A stretch of DNA of 63,511 bases, counting the filler. It is 8 parts of 8 records of this genome, joined end to end, with 100 filler letters (N's around TTAATTAATTAA, not from the genome) between each part and the next. Parts side by side here need not be neighbours in the genome. Positions count along the whole stretch, not along the records: positions 8,632 to 15,210 come from SRR31147125_1813; positions 15,311 to 23,256 come from SRR31147125_1816; 6 more parts are not named here. One strand, 5' to 3'. Below the pieces are notes generated by a model. The model saw only the letters and a list, made by a program, of their open reading frames with translations, had not been told where the DNA came from and did not search any database. Each line of letters opens with the position of its first letter. Positions within the stretch are counted from its first letter, which is position 1. Made by a program: the position numbers and the translations under genes. This document shows, in pieces, positions 9,859-21,646 of this stretch.

Positions 9859-12800
9859 ATGGTTTACTCTTCTCGGAACCTAATTGCTAAAACTTTCTTT
9901 ATCATTTTGGTTGCTTGCTTTCTGGTTGGCTGTAAAGTCACAATAGTAAGCCCTCTCAGTGGTAGTGTTTTTGAACCTAATCAAGCTGTTTATTTTAAAG
10001 CTGAATTCAGTGGAACTGGGAATATTGCATGGAAAAGTGAGTACACCCAACCAGATGGAAGCAGACATACGCTTGATTCCAACTATTTCACTCAAAATGC
10101 TAAAAGTTTGGGACAAAAGGGTTTTCCATGGGAGTTTGAAATCAAAACCTTACCAAAAGGTAATCATAAAATCACCGCCTATAAAGGCAACGACAATGCG
10201 ACAACAACTATAAAGATCAATTCATTTTGTGAAAAAACAACGACCAATTGTGCCGTCTCTGGTGAATGTATCGAAGGATATTGCGATCTTACTGAAGATA
10301 AATGCAAAACAAGAAACAAAACGAACGGAACAGTTTGTAGCGATGGCAATCCGGCAACTCAAAACGACAGATGTGAAAATGGGACATGCATAGGAGAAAA
10401 CGTAGCTGAGTGTTCTCCAAACGACGGAATTTGCTGTGTTGATGGGAAGATTTCAAATGAAGGTGCTAATTGCCTAAATGACGGAAATGACTGCACAAAT
10501 GATGTTTGCAAACAAGGTGCTTGTGTTCAGGAAAATGTTTTGGCGGGTATAGCATGTGGAGATAGAGAAACAAGATTGTGTAGCGCGCCAGATGAATGCG
10601 ATGGTAACGGAGTTTGTGATCCAAGGCATTTCGATAATTCGATAATATGTAAACATTCTGCTGGTTTATGCGATGTTGTTGAGTATTGTGATGGTAATGG
10701 ATCATGTCAGGAAGACGGATTTAAGCCTTTAGGTGAAGTTTGCCGTACAGCAGGAAGTGAATGTGATGAGGAAGAATCATGTACCGGAGAAAGCCCGCTT
10801 TGTCCTGAAAATGTCTTTAAAGATGCTGGAGTTGAGTGTGGAAATAAAGAGGATAGCATCTGCGATGGAGCGGATACATGTGATGGTTCAGGTGAATGTC
10901 TGAACAACATTAGGCCTCAAGGAACAGTATGCAGAACTAATGGTACCAATGAATGCGATGTAGCAGAAGTTTGTGATGGGTTGGGACATTGCCCACCTGA
11001 TACATATGCTTTAGACGGCACTGAGTGTGATAATGGAACAAATCAATGTTTATCTGGTAGTTGTGTTGATTGTTTGGATATTTCAGGATGTGGAGACCTT
11101 CAGGATGATGGTCTGGAATGTAGCGAACCGGCATGTGACCAAACAACAAACCTTTGCTATCACAAATTGGATGCGCATGAAAACGAGGAATGTACAGATG
11201 ATGGCTTTACATGCACTGGCAACATTTGTAGTGCCGGTGGACAATGTGAATCAACCGTAAAACAGGGAAGTTGTTTGATTTCGGAACAATGCTATGACGA
11301 TAATTCTGTAAACCTAAGTAATCATTGCGAAATTTGCAACTCAGGATCAAGCCAAGATAGTTGGTCTATGGCTCAAGATGGATCAGTTTGTAATGAAGCC
11401 AACCAATGTCTTTCAGGTCAGTGTGTAGATTGTATCGACGATGATGGGTGTAGCGATCTTGCAGACGATGGACTTGAATGCAGTAAACCAGCCTGCAACT
11501 TTACTACAAATGAATGCTATCATGATTTATCAGCAAGTACCGGCAAACCATGTAATGATGATGGAAAATTTTGCACAATAAATTTATGTGAATCTGATGG
11601 AACATGTGGAGATAGTAATCTTCAGGAAGGAACATGTCATATCAATGATGTATGTTATGGACCAAACGAAAGAAATCCAGATCCAACTAAGCAATGCGAG
11701 GCTTGCATATCAGATTTGAGCACGACAGATTGGTCTACAGCTACTAATGACACATCATGTAATGATAGTGATCCATGTACAACAGCAGATCATTGTCAGG
11801 ATGGTGTTTGTATGGGTGGAGGACCCACTTGTACAGGTCAAAATGAAACATGTGATAATGGAACATGTAATTGTTCCGATGGGTATTTCCGAGAAAATGG
11901 AGTTTGTGTTGAAGATCCTTGTTATGGTGTAACATGCTCTTCCAATCAAATATGTCAAGGTGGCAATTGCATCTGCGATAGCTCTCAGGGATGGTATTCT
12001 GGAGCAAATCCGGGTACTTGTGAGTGTAATGCTTTAAGATATTGCTCTGATAGACGCTATAATTGCGGTGAAGTAAACCTACCTTGCGATAGTGGAAATC
12101 CTGTAAGTTGCGGTACATGCGATAGTGTTTCAGAATGTGGAACAGATAATCGTTGTCGTATTGTTGTTCAGCCTACGGAACCTGTAATTCAACCCAAAAA
12201 AGTTGCTCTTCCATATAACATTCACAATACAGCCAAACAAATTTACTCAGGAAACGATAAAGTTCAACACGGAGTAGATGAAGATAAAATTGACACAATC
12301 AGTAGTAGCATCATTAAAGGAAAAATAGAGCAGTCATGTGTAACTGGAAAATGTCCGTTAGCAGGTGTAAAAGTATCTATATTAGATCATGAAGAATATG
12401 GAGTTAGTCTTAGCAGGGATTGTGGAGAATTCGAAATTGTTGTAAATGGAGGAAGTAATCTTATTGTAGATTTTGCTCACAAAGACTACTATAGCACTCA
12501 AAGAAGAATAAAAATCAAACCGGGGAGTTTTAAGCGTTTGGAAAATGTAACTTTGGTCAAAATTGTGGAAGAGTCAACTCCTGTAAATCCATCTACTGCA
12601 ATAAATACCGAAGTTGTTAAAAGTGAATTAATCGCAGATAGCAGAGGAACCAGACAATCCACTTTATTGATTAATCCAGATACTGATGTGATTTTAACAT
12701 ATGAAGATGGCACTAAAAAACCAATTTTGGGAGAAATGAATATAAAAATAAGTGAATTTACTACAGAAGACAACGGTGAAGATTCAATGCCAGGAAATCT

Positions 12801-15210
12801 TCCAACAGCTACTCAATATACATATTGCGCGGAGTTTGATATTGAGGAAGCAAATAATCCAGGTGTTGTTAATACAGAATTCTCAAAACCTGTGTATGTG
12901 TATGTAGATAATTTTTTAGATTTTGAACTTGGTGCATCGGTACCATCAGGATATTACGATAAAAAGTCAGGAAAATGGAATTCTGCCGAAAATGGGATTG
13001 TAATAGGAGTTAAAGGTATAGAGAGCGATAAAGCTATAATATCTTTGGCAAAAAATTCTACTGGAGATATGCTGGATACGCCACAAGAATATCTGGATAA
13101 ATTTGGATTTACTGACAAGGAACTGGAAAAAATCGCAGATTTATATGGAGGGCAGATTGGAAAACCTTGTGGAGAATGCCGTTAAAACATTTTTCTACAT
13201 ATGATTTCAATCCTACAGTTGGACTTGGCGATTATATACCACCTGAAGAATCAATTGGTGGAGGAGGTTCAGGAAGCGATCCAGAAAATCAAACTGGAGG
13301 AGGTACTGCAGGTGGAAGTTCAGGTGGTGGAAGTTCAGGTGGTAATGGATCTGGAATAGGTTCAGGAGGAACTGCAGAAGGTGGCAATAGTGATACACCA
13401 GTTGAGGATCCATGTCTGAAAAAAGGCTCTATAATTGAGTGTGAGAATCAGGTTCTAGGTGAGACAGTGCCAATTACCGGAACGGATATGAGTTTGAATT
13501 ATAGAAGTGATAGAGTAATAGGAAGAAATGCTAGTAGAACTTTAAAAATACCTCTTGTAGGAACAAACGAATTACCGGAAGCACTTACAGGAATAAGCGC
13601 AAAGGTAACTATAGGGGGAGATGGTGTTTTTTATGAAAAACATGGTAGACTTGAACCAAAATCTTCTACAACTTTTGTATGGAATGGCAAGGATGGATAT
13701 GGAAATCAAATGCAATCGGAGCAGACTGCAAATGTAGAAATCTGTTATCATTATCCAAGAATGTGGGCTACTAATCAAACATGTATTGCAACCCAAAATG
13801 GGCAAATTGATTGCGATGAAAATGCTGTGGACCGTTTTGGAGCACCACAATATGACGATGGGTTCATACTCGTAAATTCCGATGAAGAGACAAAGCTATG
13901 CAATCAATATGAATACAAAATAGGTCAAATGGATTTAACCAAAATGAAACTTGGTGGCTGGTCAATTGACAATCATCATATTTATGACCCTTATTCAAGA
14001 ATTTTATACAAGGGAGATGGAACAAAGCGCTATGCAGACACTGAAAACAATAAAATTGTATATACTCACGCTGGAGTAGGAACAAAGTATAAAAATGATA
14101 AAAAAGGAGTTGTTGCAATTAGGGATTCAATGGGAAATCTTGTTATTCATGGTAGAAACTCCTACATGGAAATTTTAGGCGATATTTACTCAATAGTTGA
14201 GGATAATTTAGGTAATATATATTTCGTTGTAAAAGCACCTAAATACTACAATGATAGAGGCGAGCTTATTGAATCAGCTTCCTTTGATACATTATTCAAG
14301 TCATCAAGAAAAGGAGAGCTAACAAAAATTACATTGTACAACGACAATGGTATCGAGGTTGGAGTGCCGAAGGGAGAAGGTAGTGATCCTTGGCAAGCAA
14401 CTAATAAAATGTATATGTATAACAATAAAATATATATTGCTACAAATTCAGACTATCCTGACAGTATGGGTGGCCCAACATACCACAATGCACTAATTTA
14501 TGAGATTGAGTTAAACGATGGCGATACTGCAAAGAGTTCCATTTATGCTGGTGATGCTAACTCAAGAATTTATTCATCACTAGTTTATAAACCAGCAAAA
14601 TACAATAGATCCAAAAGTGATGGAATCTATGAAATAGAAGACATTGCCATAGATAGTGAAGGCAACGTATATTATTCTGATAACAATTATGTAAAGGAAG
14701 ATAATCATAGCGCAACGGCACTGTACAAAATTGAATCTTCGGGAATGATTAACTTATATCACGTATTTGATTACAAATCTATGGATAGATTTGATTTTGA
14801 TGGTCAGAACAATATTTATTACCATGAAAGAAACTGGCCGAACTACGAATTTAAAAAACTGGGAATTGACGGAAAAACGGCTTTGCTAGCTTCCGTTCCT
14901 ATGGATCCTTATGCAAAAATTTTAGATTTTATTGTTGACGATATTGGTATTATTTATTATTCACTTCAAAGAAATGTAGGAAACAAAACCTTTTATGATG
15001 TTCACAAGATTCTAGCAAACGGGACTGATTTAATTCTTGCTGGTAATCCTGAATCAAGCGGACAGGAATATGATATTAGTAAAGACGATGGGACTTCTCC
15101 AATTGGAAAGGATTTAGGAAAAATTGTTGGATTAATGTTAAGCAAATCTGAAGAGTTATTTTTTGTTTCTGGTAATAACAAAATGCTTCAATCGATTAAT
15201 CCTTCTTTAC
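9859..15210 (+). CDS. Giant Cys-rich lipoprotein with a teneurin-like core (TTR/carboxypeptidase-like, FN-plug, NHL); frameshift at 13161-13164; 3' truncated
   Basis: Lipobox LVGC; about 650 aa of Cys-rich repeats; PLAGVKVSILDHEEYGVSLSRDCGEFEIVVNGG, QVLGETVPITGTDMSLNYRSDR, TFVWNGKDGYG and LGGWSIDNHHIYD...LYKGDG resemble teneurin segments. One extra A joins the two ORFs as GKTLWRMPLKHFS. Confidence 0.8.
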
Positions 15211-15310
15211 NNNNNNNNNNNNNNNNNNNNNNNNNNNNNNNNNNNNNNNNNNNNTTAATTAATTAANNNNNNNNNNNNNNNNNNNNNNNNNNNNNNNNNN
15301 NNNNNNNNNN
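15211..15310. other. Artificial contig spacer
   Basis: N44-TTAATTAATTAA-N44. Confidence 0.98.
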
Positions 15311-15379
15311 GGGGTTGTTAAGGCACTATGCAAAACAATTAAATGATAAAAGAGATATTACACACATAAAGGAACCCCA

Positions 15380-16252
15380 ATGAAAGGAATCATCTTAGCC
15401 GGTGGCGCGGGGACGCGGCTTTTTCCGATTACAACGGTTGTGAGTAAGCAACTTTTACCGGTTTATGACAAGCCGATGATTTATTACCCTCTATCTGTGT
15501 TGATGCTGGCCGGGATACGCGATATCCTGATTATCTCCACACCAGAGGATACGCCCAGGTATGAGCAGTTGCTGGGCTCCGGTAGCCAGTGGGGACTGAA
15601 TCTGTCTTACAAGGTGCAGAATGCGCCGAACGGATTGGCTGAGGCGTTTATTCTTGGTGATTCCTTTATTGGTGATGAGCCTGTTTGTTTGATTTTAGGT
15701 GACAATATTTTCTACGGCCATGGCTTTACCGGCATTCTGCACGACACGAAAAAGCGCATCGAGCAAGATGGCGGTGCCACTGTTTTTGGCTATTATGTGA
15801 AAGACCCGGAGCGCTATGGCGTGGTGGATTTTGATGACTCGGGCAATGTACTCAGTATTGAAGAGAAACCCGCGGAACCCAAAAGCAATTACGCTGTTGT
15901 GGGCCTGTATTTTTATGATAACCGGGTGAAGGATATTGCCAAAAACATGACCCCCTCGGCGCGCGGTGAGCTGGAGATCACGGATGTGAACAAGGCTTAT
16001 CTGCAGAACCAGGATCTCTCTGTTGAACTGCTCGGCCGCGGATTTGCCTGGCTCGACACCGGTACTCACGAAAGCCTGCTCCAGGCTGCCAGCTTTGTGA
16101 AAACCATCGAAGACCGCCAGGGCGTGAAAATCGCCTGCCCCGAAGAAATCGCCTGGCGCAGCAAATGGATCTCGGATGAACAACTCATGCAATGCGTGGA
16201 AGCTGTGAATAATAACCAGTACGGTGCGTATTTGCGCAGCCTGGTCGAGTGA
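15380..16252 (+). CDS. rfbA: Glucose-1-phosphate thymidylyltransferase
   Basis: [16 protein letters not shown]...[40 protein letters not shown]. Confidence 0.97.
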   Translation: MKGIILAGGAGTRLFPITTVVSKQLLPVYDKPMIYYPLSVLMLAGIRDILIISTPEDTPRYEQLLGSGSQWGLNLSYKVQNAPNGLAEAFILGDSFIGDEPVCLILGDNIFYGHGFTGILHDTKKRIEQDGGATVFGYYVKDPERYGVVDFDDSGNVLSIEEKPAEPKSNYAVVGLYFYDNRVKDIAKNMTPSARGELEITDVNKAYLQNQDLSVELLGRGFAWLDTGTHESLLQAASFVKTIEDRQGVKIACPEEIAWRSKWISDEQLMQCVEAVNNNQYGAYLRSLVE

Positions 16253-16257
16253 GGTAC

Positions 16258-16580
16258 CAGTAGGCAGTCGGCAGTGAAGAGACAGTAGGCAGCAAGAGCG
16301 AAGAGCAATAGGTAACCACTGAATACACGGAATACACAGAAAAGAGCAAAGAGCCTTCACCGCAAAGGCCGCCGAGAGCGCAGAGATAACAAAGAACTAA
16401 AAAACAACGGCACCAATTTACCCCTTTGATTGTGCCATATGGCAGTAGTAAACAAGACGTTCGGAAAGTGATCCCCACTTTCTTTAATAAAACCACGTTT
16501 CATACAGGACATCGGCAGACCGCAGTAGCACGACATTCTTTCCACTGCCTACTGCCCATTGGTTTTTCACTGCCTACTGT
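16258..16580. repeat. Intergenic heptamer repeats (CAGTAGG / CCTACTG) in inverted orientation
   Basis: CAGTAGGCAGTCGGCAGTGAA 16258-16278 and ACAGTAGGCAG 16282-16292 versus CACTGCCTACTGCC 16543-16556 and TTCACTGCCTACTGT 16566-16580. Confidence 0.6.
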
Positions 16581-16742
16581 TCCTATTAGTTATTTCTATT
16601 CAAAAACGCAAGCCATTTCACTTATATATGGCACATATGGGGAAAAGTTGATGTTGGGATGGGTGAGGGTTTCCGGGGAGATTCTCATTCCTTTACTAAT
16701 TATTCAAAAATTTATTTTATTGTACGGGGAGGTACTAGCTAA

Positions 16743-17445
16743 TTGAAAGCTGTGATACTGGCCGGTGGATTAGGTGCTCGATTAAGACCTTTTACCGAGA
16801 TTATTCCAAAACCGCTTTTGCCCATTGGCGAAAAAGCAATTATGGAAATTCAGATTGAACATTTAAAAGAGCATGGTTTTGATGAGATTTTTTTAGCAAC
16901 CAATTATAAATCGGAATACATTGAGAATTTTTTTGGTAATGGTACAAAATACGGTGTAAAGCTTTCAATTAGTAAAGAAGAAACACCTTTGGGAACTGTT
17001 GGTCCTTTATCTCTTTTGAAAGAACAACTCGAGGATGAGCCATTTCTTGTTATGAACGGGGATATTTTAACAAAATGCAATCTTTCACAATTATATGAAT
17101 TCGGTTCCAGCGTGGATGCTGATTTGACCGTGAGCATAAAAGAATTTATCACACCGTTCCGCTTTGGTAATATCTATTTTGATGGTGATTATGTGACCGG
17201 TGTTGAAGAAAAAGCCCAATATAAAAACCAACATCCTTGCTGGTATTTATATAATGAAGAAAAATATTTTTGATTATATCGAATATAACAAAAAATACAG
17301 TATGGATACTTTAATTAATGATATGCTTGCTGATAGTAAAAATGTTGGTAAATATTTAATCAAAGAATATTGGCTGGATATAGGTGTAATAGATGACTAT
17401 AAAGAAGTACAGGAAATTTATAATAATCACTTTAAAGGACAGTAA
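16743..17445 (+). CDS. Sugar-phosphate nucleotidyltransferase (frameshift near 17210)
   Basis: KAVILAGGLGARLRPFT...PKPLLPIG, PLGTVG, FLVMNGD; second frame gives KPNIKTNILAGIY...YWLDIG. Confidence 0.85.
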
Positions 17446-17448
17446 ACT

Positions 17449-18423
17449 ATGCAAAAAGTACTTGTAACGGGTGCAGCAGGCTATATTGGATCTGTACTTG
17501 TAAGACAATTATTAAACAAAGATTATTATGTAAGAGGATTAGATATATTAAATTTTGGTGGCGAATCTCTTATCGGCATTTTTAATCATCCCAATTTTGA
17601 ATTTTATAAAGGTGATGTAAGAAAAATAAAAGATTTAAAAAATGCTATTAAAGATATTGATTATGTTGTTCATTTGGCAGCGATTGTTGGTGATCCTGCT
17701 TGTGCAAAACAGCCAGATATAGCTAAAGAAACAAACTGGGATGCATCAAAAATGCTTTTTGACCTTTGCAATGAAAGTGGCCATGTAAAAAGGTTTGTGT
17801 TTGCATCTACCTGCAGCAACTATGGAAAAATGGATGGAAATGGGTATCTCAATGAAGACTCACCATTAAATCCGGTATCCCTCTATGCTGAATTGAAGGT
17901 GAAATTTGAAAAATATCTATTGGAAAGTGATAAAAGAAATGATTTCATAACAACGGCATTGCGTTTTTCTACAGTATATGGTTTATCACCCAGAATTAGA
18001 TTTGATTTGACAGTTAATGAATTTGTGCGGGAATTAGCATTTGGTAAAGAACTCGTTATTTTTGGTGAACAATTTTGGAGACCTTACTGTCATGTTGAGG
18101 ACCTTGCAAGAGCGTGTGTTTTAGTACTCGAAAGTGATGCTGATAAAGTAAACCATAATGTATTTGGTGTAGGGGATTCACAGGAAAATTATCAAAAACA
18201 AATGCTCGCAAATGAATTATTAAAAATTTATCCTCAAGCAAAAATTAAATATGTTCATAAAGAGGAAGATCCTAGAGATTATCGTGTTGATTTCTCAAAG
18301 ATTAAAAATGAATTAAATTATGAAATAACCAAAAATGTAACAGATGGAATGCAAGAAATAGCAGATTTATTGAAATTTGGATTTTTAACAGAGCCATTTA
18401 GTGAAAAATATCAAAATATCTAA
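17449..18423 (+). CDS. NAD-dependent epimerase/dehydratase (extended SDR)
   Basis: TGAAGYIG, HLAAIVGDPAC, FASTCSNYG, YAELK, LRFSTVYG. Confidence 0.92.
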   Translation: MQKVLVTGAAGYIGSVLVRQLLNKDYYVRGLDILNFGGESLIGIFNHPNFEFYKGDVRKIKDLKNAIKDIDYVVHLAAIVGDPACAKQPDIAKETNWDASKMLFDLCNESGHVKRFVFASTCSNYGKMDGNGYLNEDSPLNPVSLYAELKVKFEKYLLESDKRNDFITTALRFSTVYGLSPRIRFDLTVNEFVRELAFGKELVIFGEQFWRPYCHVEDLARACVLVLESDADKVNHNVFGVGDSQENYQKQMLANELLKIYPQAKIKYVHKEEDPRDYRVDFSKIKNELNYEITKNVTDGMQEIADLLKFGFLTEPFSEKYQNI

Positions 18424-18435
18424 AAGAAAGTAATT

Positions 18436-19629
18436 ATGAGTTTTATACCTTTATGTGTGCCATCCATTCAAGGAAACGAATGGAAATATATCAAAGAATG
18501 CCTTGACACGGAATGGGTTTCATCAGCAGGAAAATATGTAGACCTGTTTGAAGAAAAAATAGCCGAATTTACCGGCGCACAACATGCCGTTGCTTGTGTA
18601 AACGGGACAGCTGCGCTACAAATAGCGCTAAAATTAGTAGGTGTTATGCCAAATGATGAAGTCATTGTACCTACTTTAACGTTTATTGCACCTATTAATG
18701 TTGTTAAATATCTCAATGCTTATCCTGTTTTTATGGATTGCGATGACTATTACAACATTAACGGTGATAAAGTTATCCGCTTCCTTGAAGAAGAAACGGA
18801 AATGCGTTCTATAGATACTAATATTCAAAGTGATAGCAAGAATTCCCTGCACCATTGTTTTAATAAAAAAACCGGACGACGCATAGCTGCCATTATGCCT
18901 GTCCATATCTTTGGCAATGCTGCAAATTTCGAAAAACTTGTTCCTGTTTGCAAAGAACGAAATATAAAAATAGTAGAGGATGCAACTGAGAGTTTAGGGA
19001 CATACTATACTAATGGAAGCTATAAAGGCAAATATACAGGCACAGTTGGAGATATTGGCTGTTATTCTTTTAATGGCAACAAAATTATCACTACAGGCGG
19101 TGGTGGTATGATTGTAACTGATAATAAAGATTACGCAGAAAAAGCAAAATATTTGACAACCCAGGCCAAAGACGATCCGGTGCGATATATCCATAATGAA
19201 ATAGGCTATAATTATCGTTTAAGCAATATACAGGCGGCTATGGGGGTGGCACAATTAGAGCAGTTACCGGATTTTATTAACATAAAAAGACAAAATTATT
19301 TTACTTATAAAGAACAAATTGATCTGATTCCAGGTTTGCATGTTGCCGAAACTCCGGATTATGCTTTTAATAATTGTTGGATGTATGTAATGCAGATAGA
19401 TAATGTAGCTTATGGAAAGAACCGGGAAGAATTAATGGCTTTTTTATCTGAGAATAAAATTCAAACACGGCCCGTATGGTATTTGAACCATTTACAGGAG
19501 CCATATAAAGAGTGCCAGAATTACAATATTGAAAAAGCGATGGAATTGTGGGAAAAAACATTGAATTTACCCTGCTCCGTAATTTTAAGCAAAGACAATA
19601 TTAATAAAATAAAAATTACTGTGCGATAA
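18436..19629 (+). CDS. PLP-dependent sugar aminotransferase, DegT/LegC family
   Basis: WVSSAGKYV..FE, NGTAAL, VEDATESLG, SFNGNKIITTGGGG, GYNYRLSNIQAA. Confidence 0.92.
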   Translation: MSFIPLCVPSIQGNEWKYIKECLDTEWVSSAGKYVDLFEEKIAEFTGAQHAVACVNGTAALQIALKLVGVMPNDEVIVPTLTFIAPINVVKYLNAYPVFMDCDDYYNINGDKVIRFLEEETEMRSIDTNIQSDSKNSLHHCFNKKTGRRIAAIMPVHIFGNAANFEKLVPVCKERNIKIVEDATESLGTYYTNGSYKGKYTGTVGDIGCYSFNGNKIITTGGGGMIVTDNKDYAEKAKYLTTQAKDDPVRYIHNEIGYNYRLSNIQAAMGVAQLEQLPDFINIKRQNYFTYKEQIDLIPGLHVAETPDYAFNNCWMYVMQIDNVAYGKNREELMAFLSENKIQTRPVWYLNHLQEPYKECQNYNIEKAMELWEKTLNLPCSVILSKDNINKIKITVR

Positions 19630-20254
19630 TGGAAAAAATTATTGTAATTGGGGGCGGTGGGAATGCAAAAGTGGTTATTTCGATTTTAAAAAAATTGAAT
19701 AAATATAAAATTGTCGGCTATACGGATAATGATAACAGAGGCACTATTTTAGGAGTAAAATACCTGGGGAATGATGATATATTAGAAAAATTTTATAATG
19801 AGGGGGTTAGACATGCTGTAATTGGTATTGGGCAGTTAAAATCAACTAAAATACGGAGAAAGATTTTGAAAAAATTACAAGTATAGGTTACGATTGTCCT
19901 TGTATTATATCCCCTGATTCTATAATTAATGAAGCTGTAGATATCGGTGATGGTACAGTTATTATGGATGGTGTTATAGTTAATTCTGGAACAAAAATCG
20001 GAAAATTTTGCATAATTAATACCAGAGGATCAATTGATCATGATTGCAATATTGGAGACTTTACTCATGTTGCAGGTGGGGTTATATTAGCCGGTGGCGT
20101 TGTAATTGGAAATGATGTTTTTATTGGATTAGGTGTTAATGTTATACAATATAAGCAAATAGTTGATAATTCAATAATTGGCGCTGGTTCAACGGTAATA
20201 GATTCTATTGGCAAAGCAGGAACCTATGTTGGTAATCCAGTGAGATTAGTTTAA
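19629..20254 (+). CDS. Hexapeptide-repeat sugar acetyltransferase, NeuD/PglD/PerB type (frameshift near 19870)
   Basis: IIVIGGGGNAKVV N-terminus; second frame INTRGSIDHDCNIG...IGAGSTV...VGNP. Confidence 0.85.
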
Positions 20255-20285
20255 ATGGTAAAAAAAATAGTATATCGGCTTGCTG

Positions 20286-21646
20286 ATGACAAAAAGAATT
20301 ATTAACAGCATAAATAATTATTTTAAAGGACATGAAAGAACTGTTAAAGCAAAAAAAATATAATTGCCTCATTTGGATTAAAAGGTATAAGTATTTTAAT
20401 TTCTTTTTTATATGTACCATTATTGCTCAATTATCTTGATAAAGAAAGATATGGCATTTGGCTAACTTTAACATCAGTAATTACCTGGTTTAATTTTTTT
20501 GATTTTGGATTAGGCTCTGGTTTAAGAAATAAATTTGCAGAAGCAAAAGCCATAAACAATACAAAATTGGCAAAAGAATATGTTAGCACAACTTATGCAA
20601 TTTTAATAGTAGTTTTTGCAATTATTTTAAGTCTATTTTATCTTATTAATCCATTTTTAAATTGGGCAAAAATACTTAATACAAATCCAATTTTTATTCA
20701 TGAATTATCGCTTTTAGCAATCATTGTTTTTACCTTTTTTGTATTTAGATTTATTGCAAAATTAATAGGACAAATATTGTTGGCTGACCAAAAACCGGCA
20801 GTTAATAATAGTTTTATGCCAATATCTAATATTATTTGTTTACTATTTATTATTGTTTTAATAAAGGTTGACAATAATGGATCTTTAATATTAGCTGGTA
20901 GCATTTTAAGTATTGTTCCGGTTATTGTTTTGCTGATAGCGTCGATTATCTTATTTTCATCCCAATATAAGGAATATACACCCTCAATAAAAAATATTAA
21001 TTTAAAGCATACAAAAGACTTATTAGGTTTGGGTGTTAAATTTTTTATTATACATATTTCGACATTAGTTATATATCAATCGCAGAATTTATTAATTACA
21101 CACATATGTGGCCCCGAAGAGGTTACTGTTTATAATATCGCTTATAAATATTTTAATTTATTTATTATGGTATTTAGTATTATACTTACGCCTATATGGT
21201 CTGCTACTACAGAAGCTTTTGCAATAAAAGACTATAATTGGATAAAAAACATAATGAGGCGACTGCGACAGATAGGTATATTATTAGTAATCGGTGTTAT
21301 TATTGCTTTTATTTTATCAAATTATTTTTACAGATTTTGGATTGGTGATCAAATAACTATTCCGTTTTCAATATCAGGTTCTGTGGCAATAGTTACGATA
21401 GTATATTTACTTTTTTCTCCATATGTATCATTTCTTAATGGTGTTAGCAAGATAAAGTTGAATATAATCTTGGTAATATTTCAAACTTTAATATATATAC
21501 CTATTGCCATTTATTTAGGTAAAAAAATTGGTGTTGCAGGTATAGTATTATCAGGTTTGATTTGTGAATTACCGCTTAGAATAACCCAACCCCTTCAGTA
21601 TAAAAAAATAATTAGTGGAAAAGCAAAGGGAATATGGAATCAATAA
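20286..21646 (+). CDS. Polysaccharide flippase (Wzx/MATE-like); frameshift in the A8 run 20351-20358
   Basis: Reconstructed N-terminus GHERTVKAKKNIIASFGLKGISILISFLYVPLLLNYL, then YGIWLTLTS...FDFGLGSGLRN; many TM segments. Confidence 0.85.

Noticed and set aside
13161-13185. Programmed frameshift or two-gene organisation of the teneurin-like locus
   Set aside because: One missing A in an A run restores a continuous sequence, and similar slips affect ordinary genes throughout the window.
15695-16746. Antisense and intergenic ORFs (221, 103, 106 aa) around rfbA
   Set aside because: Shadow frames of rfbA or translations of repeat DNA, with no protein motifs.
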